Source of the DNA: Clostridia bacterium
GTDB lineage: Bacteria > Bacillota > Clostridia > Oscillospirales > CAG-272
Reading direction: 5' to 3'
Assembly (NCBI GenBank): GCA_017517035.1
Contig: JAFXAN010000121.1
Span: 17,736-81,735, forward strand
DNA: 64,000 nt
In this document: positions 56,913 to 64,000 of the stretch, piece by piece
Layout of the letters: every line of letters starts with the position of its first letter
Numbering within the stretch: position 1 is the stretch's first letter
The notes under the pieces: generated by a model
What the model saw: the letters and a program-made list of their open reading frames with translations, nothing else
What the model was told of the DNA's origin: nothing
Databases searched by the model: none
Position numbers and translations under genes: made by a program

Positions 56913-57761
56913 ATGCATGTTTTATATTTGTTAATTATCATTTTCGGCATTTCCGGACAAAATGTTTTCAAAAAAATGTATACAGAAAAAACCGGAGGGG
57001 GCGGCTCTATGACCTTCGCCGCTCTCACATCGTTTTTCTCGATGTTGTTTTTTATCGTTACATCAACAAAATTTCTTTGGAATCCGAAAATCATTCCATA
57101 TGCAATTACCTTTGCAGTGTCTTTTGCAGCCGCTACATTGTTCGGACTGCTTGCTGTTGCCAATGGCCCGTTATCCCTCTCGTCGCTCATGATTTCATAT
57201 TCTCTTATGCTTCCAACCTTTTACGGAATCATTTTTCTAAAGGAAACAATGAGCGTATATTTTATTATCGGACTCTGTCTGCTTGCTGTTTCACTTTTCC
57301 TTGTAAACAAGAAAAATGACAAGTACCCTGTTACACCGAAATGGCTTTTATTTGTTTTTCTTTCGTTTTTAGGCAATGGACTTTGTTCAACCTTTCAGAA
57401 AATGCAGCAGCTTACGTTTGACAGTGAATACAAAAATGAATTTATGATACTTTCCCTTGTAATCGTTACTTTAATTTTTATAGCGGCAGTGCCGATATCA
57501 GACAAATCCAATTTTATGGAATATCTGTATCATGCTCGGTTTACTGCTGTTCTTTCAGGCGCTATGAATGGTGTCGTTAATTTACTTGTTATGGTATTAT
57601 CGGGAATGATGGCAGTATCCGTTATGTTTCCGTTGATTTCTGCAGGCGGAATTATTGTTACATATATCATTTCAAAGATTTTTTATAAAGAAAATCTTAC
57701 AAAAATACAGTTTGTAGGCTTCTTAACAGGGCTTGCATCCATAGTATTTTTAAATATTTAA
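56913..57761 (+). CDS. DMT-superfamily (EamA-like) 10-TM transporter
   Basis: 282-aa, highly hydrophobic protein with two-fold 5-TM organisation. AAGAGG Shine-Dalgarno. Confidence 0.6.
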   Translation: MHVLYLLIIIFGISGQNVFKKMYTEKTGGGGSMTFAALTSFFSMLFFIVTSTKFLWNPKIIPYAITFAVSFAAATLFGLLAVANGPLSLSSLMISYSLMLPTFYGIIFLKETMSVYFIIGLCLLAVSLFLVNKKNDKYPVTPKWLLFVFLSFLGNGLCSTFQKMQQLTFDSEYKNEFMILSLVIVTLIFIAAVPISDKSNFMEYLYHARFTAVLSGAMNGVVNLLVMVLSGMMAVSVMFPLISAGGIIVTYIISKIFYKENLTKIQFVGFLTGLASIVFLNI

Positions 57762-57781
57762 AACTTAAAGGAGAAGATTTT

Positions 57782-58990
57782 ATGAGTTATTCACCTTATA
57801 TTACCGTTGCTGCATCAAATTCAATATTCAACGAAAATGATGACATAGATTTTGTTTGTTCCGGAAAAAACGATGAGCTTGTCATAAATCAAGCAATCAA
57901 TGCCGCCGCAGAATCAAAAAAAGGCATTTATTTTCTGAATGGCAATTATTCGATCGATGGGTTTTATGATTTCGGTGACGGTGGACCTATGGCAGCAATT
58001 CGGACACCTGCACTTTATAAAGAGCTGGAGCTCATTGGACAAACCTCTCCCTTTACGCAGAACCATGAAGGAGTTGAGTTCGACGTGTCCGAAGAGGCAC
58101 TCGCCACGATAGAAAACGGTGAATACTCGGTTTTTCGTACCCAATGGAAGGAAAACGGGCTTTACAGCGGCTCTATATTGAAGCTTGAAAATTTTGTATT
58201 AGCACTTGCCCATAATCAAAAGGCTGTCCGTTGCATTGATCTTCGCAGATGCGACCGTGTTCAAATGAAAAACGTCTTTCTTAGCGGAAAATCCCAAAAT
58301 ACATATCTTGGAGTTGCCGATCGTGCGGTAGAGGGATGCATTGGTTTGACGATGACCGACGGAAGCAATAACTTTATCGTACGCTATGATAACGTTTCAG
58401 CATCTGATTTCTATGAGGGAATACAGGTAGGCGGTGAACACGTTGTTATGATAAATTGCGCTGCTGTACATAGCGTTTATGGCTACACTTTCGGCAACTA
58501 CGGTTTTCATTGCGGTTACAACCATCCTATAACGATGATCAACTGCTGCGACGAGAGAAATGTAAATTTACCTTTGTTTAATCTGTGCGGTGATCATGCA
58601 CGCGATGGCAGTATTCTGATTGGCGGACAGGAAGTTTCTATGATAAGCTTTAACATCGAGCGTTTAGCTTCTCAAACACCCGGTGGAAAGCTCGGTGATG
58701 CCATGCGTGAGATTCACCCGGGAGCTTTTTGCGGAAGAATTGAATACACTCTTCAGCCTGATTGGAACCATACCAATGAAACAAATTTTAAGCTTTTTGA
58801 AAACGGCTCGGGCGTAGGATTCCGCACAATCAATATGACTCACAAAACTGTTTGCAGCACTGCAGAAAGATTGAGCTATTATCCATCCTTGGGACAGCAG
58901 ATTTTCGATACTGATTTAAACAAATTATTGATTTGTGTCGACGCAGATACAAAAAAATGGGTCGATGCCAACGGTTGTGAGGTCGATTGA
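57782..58990 (+). CDS. cytoplasmic right-handed beta-helix (pectate-lyase-superfamily-like) protein
   Basis: The N-terminus (DDIDFVCSGKNDELVINQAINAAAESKKGIYFLNGNYSI) resembles the Pectate_lyase_3 entry motif. Cys/Asn-rich repetitive coils follow. The C-terminal motif LGQQIFDTDLNKLLICVD...KKWVDANG resembles the tail of beta-helix depolymerase/tail-fibre-like proteins. No signal peptide. Confidence 0.45.
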   Translation: MSYSPYITVAASNSIFNENDDIDFVCSGKNDELVINQAINAAAESKKGIYFLNGNYSIDGFYDFGDGGPMAAIRTPALYKELELIGQTSPFTQNHEGVEFDVSEEALATIENGEYSVFRTQWKENGLYSGSILKLENFVLALAHNQKAVRCIDLRRCDRVQMKNVFLSGKSQNTYLGVADRAVEGCIGLTMTDGSNNFIVRYDNVSASDFYEGIQVGGEHVVMINCAAVHSVYGYTFGNYGFHCGYNHPITMINCCDERNVNLPLFNLCGDHARDGSILIGGQEVSMISFNIERLASQTPGGKLGDAMREIHPGAFCGRIEYTLQPDWNHTNETNFKLFENGSGVGFRTINMTHKTVCSTAERLSYYPSLGQQIFDTDLNKLLICVDADTKKWVDANGCEVD

Positions 58991-59098
58991 CAAAAAACAA
59001 AAACATCCCTTGTTTTTCAAGTTTATGAGTACACCTATCGTAAACACGTTTTAGGATATTCAATAAAAATATCTTTACAAAGCTATAATTATAAAAAA

Positions 59099-59130
59099 GG
59101 CAACATCACGTCAAACGACATGATATTGCC
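59099..59130 (-). terminator. hairpin terminator after the AraC gene 59137-59922
   Basis: 14-bp stem GGCAATATCATGTC/GACGTGATGTTGCC on the minus strand (two G-U pairs), followed by a T-run. Confidence 0.45.
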
Positions 59131-59136
59131 TTTATT

Positions 59137-59922
59137 TTATATTCGCTTGCTTTTTGCATATTGCGTGGGAGTCATGCCGGTGTGAGAACGAAACACTTTA
59201 CAAAAGTATGCCGCATCAAAAAACGACAGATACTCTGCAATTTCGCTCACGGTCATATTTGTCGATTCGATCAGATATGCGGCTTGTCTCATTTTCATCT
59301 CCGTTCGATATTGTATCGGAGAAATCCCAAGCTTCTCAAGGAAGCTTTGACGCAGTAAGCTTGTGCTTACCGCGCAGTTTTTTGCGATTTGCTCAATCGT
59401 AATCTTTTCGTTTTTTTGTAAAAACTCACACGCGCGTTTCACGATTTGGGTATGCTCGTCACTATCGTTTTTAACCGATTCCACCATACTGTCCAAAAGC
59501 AACAAAAAGGAGCCTTTGTTATACAACTGTGTCCGTGTGGTATATTTGTTTTCGTCAGATAAGTTGCGAAATTTTTCATAGCATGCAACGTCAGCCGATT
59601 CGGATAAAATCATCGGTGAATATGACAAAGAACCGTTCTCGTTCGTGTCAAAGCAAATAAGATAATCATCGGCTGTATCCGAAAAAAAAGCCTCATATCG
59701 AGAATGCTTCGGTAAAAAAACAAGATTTCCGGCGTGAGCAGACACCGTCCCCTGTTCAGTTAAAAAATCTACTCTTCCACTCACAAGAAGCATTAACCCA
59801 AAATCCGGTCTCGGATCGTTCAAATAGCTGTATTTACTTTTATACCAGTGTTGCTTCAGCACCTTCGTGACACGAAAATCAACATCGGAGCAAAACCATC
59901 TCAGTACATTTTCCTTATCCAT
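59137..59922 (-). CDS. AraC family transcriptional regulator (cupin sensor)
   Basis: C-terminal HTH VSEIAEYLSFFDAAYFCKVFRSHTGMTPTQY. It is divergent from the GH30 gene. Confidence 0.85.
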   Translation of the reverse strand: MDKENVLRWFCSDVDFRVTKVLKQHWYKSKYSYLNDPRPDFGLMLLVSGRVDFLTEQGTVSAHAGNLVFLPKHSRYEAFFSDTADDYLICFDTNENGSLSYSPMILSESADVACYEKFRNLSDENKYTTRTQLYNKGSFLLLLDSMVESVKNDSDEHTQIVKRACEFLQKNEKITIEQIAKNCAVSTSLLRQSFLEKLGISPIQYRTEMKMRQAAYLIESTNMTVSEIAEYLSFFDAAYFCKVFRSHTGMTPTQYAKSKRI

Positions 59923-60056
59923 ACGCACCTCCCGCTTATATTATCCTTATTATACCATGAAATATTGAAAAATACAATAATTAAAACAAAAAATCTAATG
60001 TTTGTTGATCATAATCGTAGTATAATATTAAAAAATACAATTATGGAGGAATCAAT

Positions 60057-61406
60057 ATGATTGGAAAAATTATATTTACAGATCAAAATCATTCCCTTTT
60101 TGAACGTGAAATATTTGCTTCACAATACGTTCCCGGCGCAGAGATACTTCAGGTTGCCGATCATGGTTGCAGCGGATTTATGGGGTTTGGTGTTGCCATT
60201 ACGCCTTCATCCTGCTATGAACTAAATTTGATGGATCCTTTGAAGAGAAAAGAGCTTCTGCGCCACATCTATTCAAAGAATGAACTGGGGTTGTCCGTCG
60301 GTAGAATTTGTGTTGGTTCAAGTGATTATTCCCCCGAGATATATTCGTATGACGATCATCCCTTTGACACATCTCTTGAGCATTTTTCGGTTGAGCGTGA
60401 TGAAAAATACATCATACCGATCATCAAGGAAATCATTGAAATCAATCCCGATATATATCTTTTCGCTTCCCCGTGGAGCCCTCCCGGATGGATGAAGACG
60501 GGAGGCTTGATGTGCGGAGGCTATATGCGTGAGCAGTATGTGGATTGCTATGCCGACTATATCGTCAGATTTATCAAGGCGTACGCCGGATACGGCATTC
60601 GAATTTCGGCGATCACGCCGCAAAACGAGCCTGAAACACAGCAAGGCGGAAAAATGCCTGCTTGCATCTGGCATCCCGAAACGGAAGCACGCTTTATCAA
60701 GATCTTGCGTAAAAAGATCACAGAGGAAGCTCTTGACACAAAGATATGGATGTATGACCACAACTTTAGAGGTACGGACAGAGTACTTTGGTCTCTGCAA
60801 AATTGCAAGGGTTTACCTGAAGCTTGCGATGGAATCGCTTTTCATTACTATGCAGGAACGATAGAGCAGACGAAGATCGTAAAAGACGCATTCCCGAACC
60901 TCCCTCTGCACTTTACCGAGGGCGGTCCGAGACTGACCGATAATTATGATACCGATTGGTGCAAATGGGGGCTTATGATGATCAAAGCGTTGAAAGCGGG
61001 ATATCGTTCGTTCACGGGGTGGAATCTTATGCTTGACGAAACGGGCGGTCCGAATGTTGGTCCATTTTTGGGCATATGCGGCGGTTTAATAACAAGAGAT
61101 TCAAGAAACGGCGAGCTGACCTACAGCGGTCAGTACAAAGCCTTTTCCCATATCGCACCTTATATAACCTCAAACTCACAGATTTATCCTATCTCAACAA
61201 GCAACGCTTATAATCTGAATATGAGCAGTTACCCTAAATATCCAAGAGAGATCGAGGGCGTATTGATCGATAATCGGGACGGCAAAAAAATTGCGGTGAT
61301 CATCAATCCTAACAGTTATGGATGTCAGGCACAGATGAAAATTGACGATAAGCTTTGGTATATGGAATTGTATGCAGACAGCATATCTACCATAGAAATA
61401 GAATAA
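60057..61406 (+). CDS. GH30-family glycoside hydrolase (glucosylceramidase-like), cytoplasmic
   Basis: GFGVAIT, GSSDYS, ASPWSPPGWMKT, ITPQNEP (acid/base), FHYYAG and HFTEGG (nucleophile) blocks. No signal peptide. Confidence 0.85.
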   Translation: MIGKIIFTDQNHSLFEREIFASQYVPGAEILQVADHGCSGFMGFGVAITPSSCYELNLMDPLKRKELLRHIYSKNELGLSVGRICVGSSDYSPEIYSYDDHPFDTSLEHFSVERDEKYIIPIIKEIIEINPDIYLFASPWSPPGWMKTGGLMCGGYMREQYVDCYADYIVRFIKAYAGYGIRISAITPQNEPETQQGGKMPACIWHPETEARFIKILRKKITEEALDTKIWMYDHNFRGTDRVLWSLQNCKGLPEACDGIAFHYYAGTIEQTKIVKDAFPNLPLHFTEGGPRLTDNYDTDWCKWGLMMIKALKAGYRSFTGWNLMLDETGGPNVGPFLGICGGLITRDSRNGELTYSGQYKAFSHIAPYITSNSQIYPISTSNAYNLNMSSYPKYPREIEGVLIDNRDGKKIAVIINPNSYGCQAQMKIDDKLWYMELYADSISTIEIE

Positions 61407-61442
61407 CAAATCAATGATTCATCTATGCAGTATCATCATTTT

Positions 61443-61526
61443 ACTCACGTTTTCGTAAATGACCCGACCAGAGGATATGGGGTATTTATTGAGAATATGC
61501 TTACCGAAGCGGAGAAAATCAAATAG
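61443..61526 (+). pseudogene. orphan 3' fragment of spoIVB (27 codons plus stop)
   Basis: In-frame reading gives THVFVNDPTRGYGVFIENMLTEAEKIK*. Compared with 52556-52639 there are about 13 of 84 nt differences by eye, 11 of them synonymous. A terminator-like hairpin homologous to the spoIVB terminator follows. Confidence 0.85.
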
Positions 61527-61537
61527 GAAAAATGCTC
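61494..61537 (+). repeat. 44-nt core repeat, copy 2
   Basis: AATATGCTTACCGAAGCGGAGAAAATCAAATAGGAAAAATGCTC, compared with 52607-52650. Confidence 0.85.
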
Positions 61538-61539
61538 GT

Positions 61540-62403
61540 CTATCCAATTATAGGCGGGCATTTTTTATATTTTCCGGGAGTGATACCATAATGCTTTTTG
61601 AACCGGAAGATAAACGCGGAGCAATCGGAAAAGCCGCTTGAGTAACAGGCTTCAGTAACAGAACTGCCGTTTTGCAGTTGTTTTCGAGCATTCTCCAAGC
61701 GTCTCTCTGTGAGATAATTATGAATGCTTTTCCCTGTGTACTTGCGGAAGGTTTGTGTTAGGTATGTAACGCTGCAACCACAGTGAGTTGCCAGCTTGTC
61801 CAAACCTGAAAAATCAGGGAAATCATCTTCAATTTTGCGCATTGTCTCGTTCACAACAAATGGAACAGCAGGCGCCTGTGTATAGCTCTTTTGGGACAAA
61901 TAGTGCTTGTTGCAAATATCGAGCGCTTCTATCAGTTTTGCAAATATGAGAATGTCGCAAGATTTAGAATCGATATCGTCTTTTATAATATCAAGCAGCT
62001 CTTCTGCGAGCATAATTAGTTTTCTCTTTTCTTTTTCGGGGAGTTTAATCAGATTTATTTTGTTATTGCTGTTGTCGAGAAAAGGTGCGATGATGTTTTT
62101 ACTTGTGGTGAAGAAATTATCAAAAAAATCAACGGGAATCAGAAAAGACAGAAATTTGTATTCGCAACAATCGGGGAATCTGCCGAAATGCACCTCGTTA
62201 GGACGAAATATTACGATATCCCCACGTTTGGGGAATATCAAATTATCTCCGATTACTGCTCCACAGTTGTCGGTAAGAACAAGACTGATTTTGTAGTCGT
62301 CATATATCGTTATGACTGTGTCACCGGAGAAGGTGTCGTTGTTACTGTATCCCAGGCTGATGGGCTTTGTAAATTTGTCGATGTAAATTTTTTTATAATG
62401 CAT
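61540..62403 (-). CDS. AraC family transcriptional regulator (cupin sensor)
   Basis: C-terminal HTH VTEACYSSGFSDCSAFIFRFKKHYGITPGKY. Its stop abuts the hairpin that follows spoIVB fragment 3. Confidence 0.85.
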   Translation of the reverse strand: MHYKKIYIDKFTKPISLGYSNNDTFSGDTVITIYDDYKISLVLTDNCGAVIGDNLIFPKRGDIVIFRPNEVHFGRFPDCCEYKFLSFLIPVDFFDNFFTTSKNIIAPFLDNSNNKINLIKLPEKEKRKLIMLAEELLDIIKDDIDSKSCDILIFAKLIEALDICNKHYLSQKSYTQAPAVPFVVNETMRKIEDDFPDFSGLDKLATHCGCSVTYLTQTFRKYTGKSIHNYLTERRLENARKQLQNGSSVTEACYSSGFSDCSAFIFRFKKHYGITPGKYKKCPPIIG

Positions 62404-62536
62404 CAAACCACCACTTTCGGAATTTTGTATTTTTTATGTTATTTTCAACTATATTTTGGCAAATATATGCGATATTATAAGTATAGCACTATATTTGATA
62501 TCTGTCAATACATAACAAAATGTGAGGAGAGAAAAT

Positions 62537-62767
62537 ATGTTTAAAAACGGGGACGTAATATGTTTTTTTGGAGATAGCATAACGGCAAACGGACTGTGGA
62601 TGGCTGAGGTTTATCAAACTCTTAGGAAAAAATATGGTGTAAAGTGTTATAACTGCGGTGTTTCCGGAGCGACAGCACAAAACGCGCTGTTGTATCTGCA
62701 TAGTCAATGTTTGATTTTTAATCCTGACTATGTTGTAATGAGCATGAGTACACATTTGAAAGTATGA
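62537..62767 (+). pseudogene. truncated SGNH/GDSL hydrolase remnant (76 codons)
   Basis: Block I (FFGDSIT) and block II (CGVSGATA) are present. The ORF stops at NPDYVVMSMSTHLKV*, before blocks III and V. Its stop lies inside the Shine-Dalgarno region of the next gene. Confidence 0.6.
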
Positions 62768-62780
62768 AAGGAGAAAGATT

Positions 62781-64000
62781 ATGAGTAATTTAGAGAAATT
62801 AGGCAATAAGTGTTGTGATTATTTTAAAATGTTAGAGCAGGTTTCATACGGAGACGACCATCCGATAAAGGTTTTGTTAAACCAATATGATGCAGAGCAC
62901 CCGGGATTGAACTCTTTTGAATTAAAAGCGGTACAATATGATATTCTGGCTGAAAACATTGATGTAGTCGTTTTTGAAGAAACTCCGTTTTATTTTATAA
63001 ACAATATTACACTGTGTCCCGGTTTAATTGGTAATTCCTGTGCCGATTGGCTGCATAGAAGAAATTATCATATATATGAAGATGCTGATCCTGAAACATG
63101 GAGAAAATTTAACAAGCAACAACGTTTAAGGGTGTTTTTGTGTTGCGGACCATACACCGATAATGTTCATTACACAGTGCCTGTTGAAAATATTGTAAAA
63201 TATGGCATGAAGAAATACTATTCAGACGCAGAAAAAGCAAAAATCGGAGCAACGAAAGAAGAGTTAGATTTCTTAAATTGTGCGCAAAGAGGATTGCTGG
63301 CCGCAAAACGTATTTGCGAACGCTACGCAGCAGCAGCGGAAGAAAAACTAAAGAATATTGCGGATTCAAAGCTTCGCAAAAATATGGAGATGTTAATCGC
63401 ATCAGCAAAACATGCTCCGTGGGAGGCACCCAAAACCTTTTTTGAGGGACTCAACACCTGTTGGTTTGCGCGTAATGTATTAGGTGCAATGGAAGGCGTT
63501 GGTAATTCTACGCTTGGAAGAGTTGACTACATACTCTACGATTTATACAAAACAGATATTGAAAACGGCAATTTAACAAAAGATGAAGCTTATGAGCTTA
63601 TCAAGCAGTTTATGCTGTTAGGCGATATGCAATATGATAAGGATACCATTGTTAAGAGTGGCAATGATCACGAGTTGGAAATGGGAATCTGTATCGGAGG
63701 ATGTGACACGGAAGGAAATCCGGTATATAATGAATTGACTAGTATGTTTATTCAGGCACAGTATGAATTGAAATGTATTTTCCCCAAAATACATGCTCGC
63801 TTTGGTTCTAATTCTCCAAAAGAATATCTCGAGGAGCTTTCGCAGGGATTTGTGAATGGACACAGCGCGATCGGCTTAAGCTGTGACGACGGTATTATTC
63901 CGGGTTTATTGCACGCAGGCAAGACAACTGAAGATGCGCGCAATTATGAAACCGTAGGTTGTTGGGAGAATAAGGTTGCAAGTAAAGAGTCTATGGCAGG
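62781..64000 (+). CDS. second glycyl-radical-enzyme-family protein (PFL2-like N-terminal 406 codons; continues past the window end)
   Basis: My own translation gives MSNLEKLGNKCCDYF...APKTFFEGLNTCWF...DIENGNLTKDEAYELI...EDARNYETVGCWENK. The Cys394-Trp-Glu396 loop is at 63960-63968. No stop codon occurs before 64000. Confidence 0.75.
   Translation, partial: MSNLEKLGNKCCDYFKMLEQVSYGDDHPIKVLLNQYDAEHPGLNSFELKAVQYDILAENIDVVVFEETPFYFINNITLCPGLIGNSCADWLHRRNYHIYEDADPETWRKFNKQQRLRVFLCCGPYTDNVHYTVPVENIVKYGMKKYYSDAEKAKIGATKEELDFLNCAQRGLLAAKRICERYAAAAEEKLKNIADSKLRKNMEMLIASAKHAPWEAPKTFFEGLNTCWFARNVLGAMEGVGNSTLGRVDYILYDLYKTDIENGNLTKDEAYELIKQFMLLGDMQYDKDTIVKSGNDHELEMGICIGGCDTEGNPVYNELTSMFIQAQYELKCIFPKIHARFGSNSPKEYLEELSQGFVNGHSAIGLSCDDGIIPGLLHAGKTTEDARNYETVGCWENKVASKESMA

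Noticed and set aside
61459-61641. 60-aa ORF across spoIVB fragment 3
   Set aside because: It reads the fragment in the wrong frame and continues through the terminator into the antisense of the AraC gene. The frame giving THVFVNDPTRGYG...K* is the meaningful one.
52640-64000. Possibility that this is a skin-like sporulation-gene intervening element or a prophage
   Set aside because: spoIVB is intact rather than split. I could recognise no recombinase, terminase, capsid or other phage genes. The beta-helix protein with a tail-fibre-like C-terminal motif is the only phage-reminiscent gene, and it sits next to a transporter. I therefore describe the region only as an insertion hotspot with unknown mobilisation.

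Overview
64-kb chromosomal window from a low-GC, endospore-forming Firmicute. It looks Clostridia-like: a yabM-mazG-yabO-yabP-yabQ-divIC-type cluster and spoIVB are present. All calls come from reading the supplied ORF translations and the nucleotide sequence by eye; no database search was possible.

Layout:
(1) 1-25 kb is an almost uninterrupted minus-strand housekeeping block. It holds an acyltransferase, EutH, a MATE pump, an Fe-S hydro-lyase alpha subunit, divIC/yabQ/yabP/S4 protein, HU, MazG, a SpoVB-like flippase, HemZ-like radical SAM, Dtd, RelA/SpoT, RecJ, RseC-like, an FAD protein and CdaR/CdaA.
(2) 25-45 kb is an accessory minus-strand surface/glycan block. It holds a 2332-aa secreted protein (AXE1/CE7-like esterase fused to about 6-7 BspA-type LRR modules), a small cohesin-like lipoprotein, and six tandem GH26-family paralogs. 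Three of the six are lipoproteins and three are cytoplasmic, and an M19 dipeptidase is embedded among them.
(3) 45-52.6 kb holds an AraC regulator, a translationally coupled MarR / ABC / ABC / nuclease-fold operon, and spoIVB.
(4) 52.6-64 kb holds three accessory cassettes. Each is bounded on its left by a copy of the 3' end of spoIVB: the intact gene end plus two in-frame fragments with their own stop codon and hairpin. Each opens with a minus-strand AraC regulator followed by plus-strand catabolic genes. These include two short glycyl-radical enzymes with no activase in view, a DMT transporter, a beta-helix protein and a GH30 enzyme.

I recognised no rRNA, tRNA, CRISPR array, transposase or integrase.

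The strongest novelty candidates are the spoIVB-3'-end insertion hotspot with its AraC-GRE cassettes, and the GH26 paralog array.
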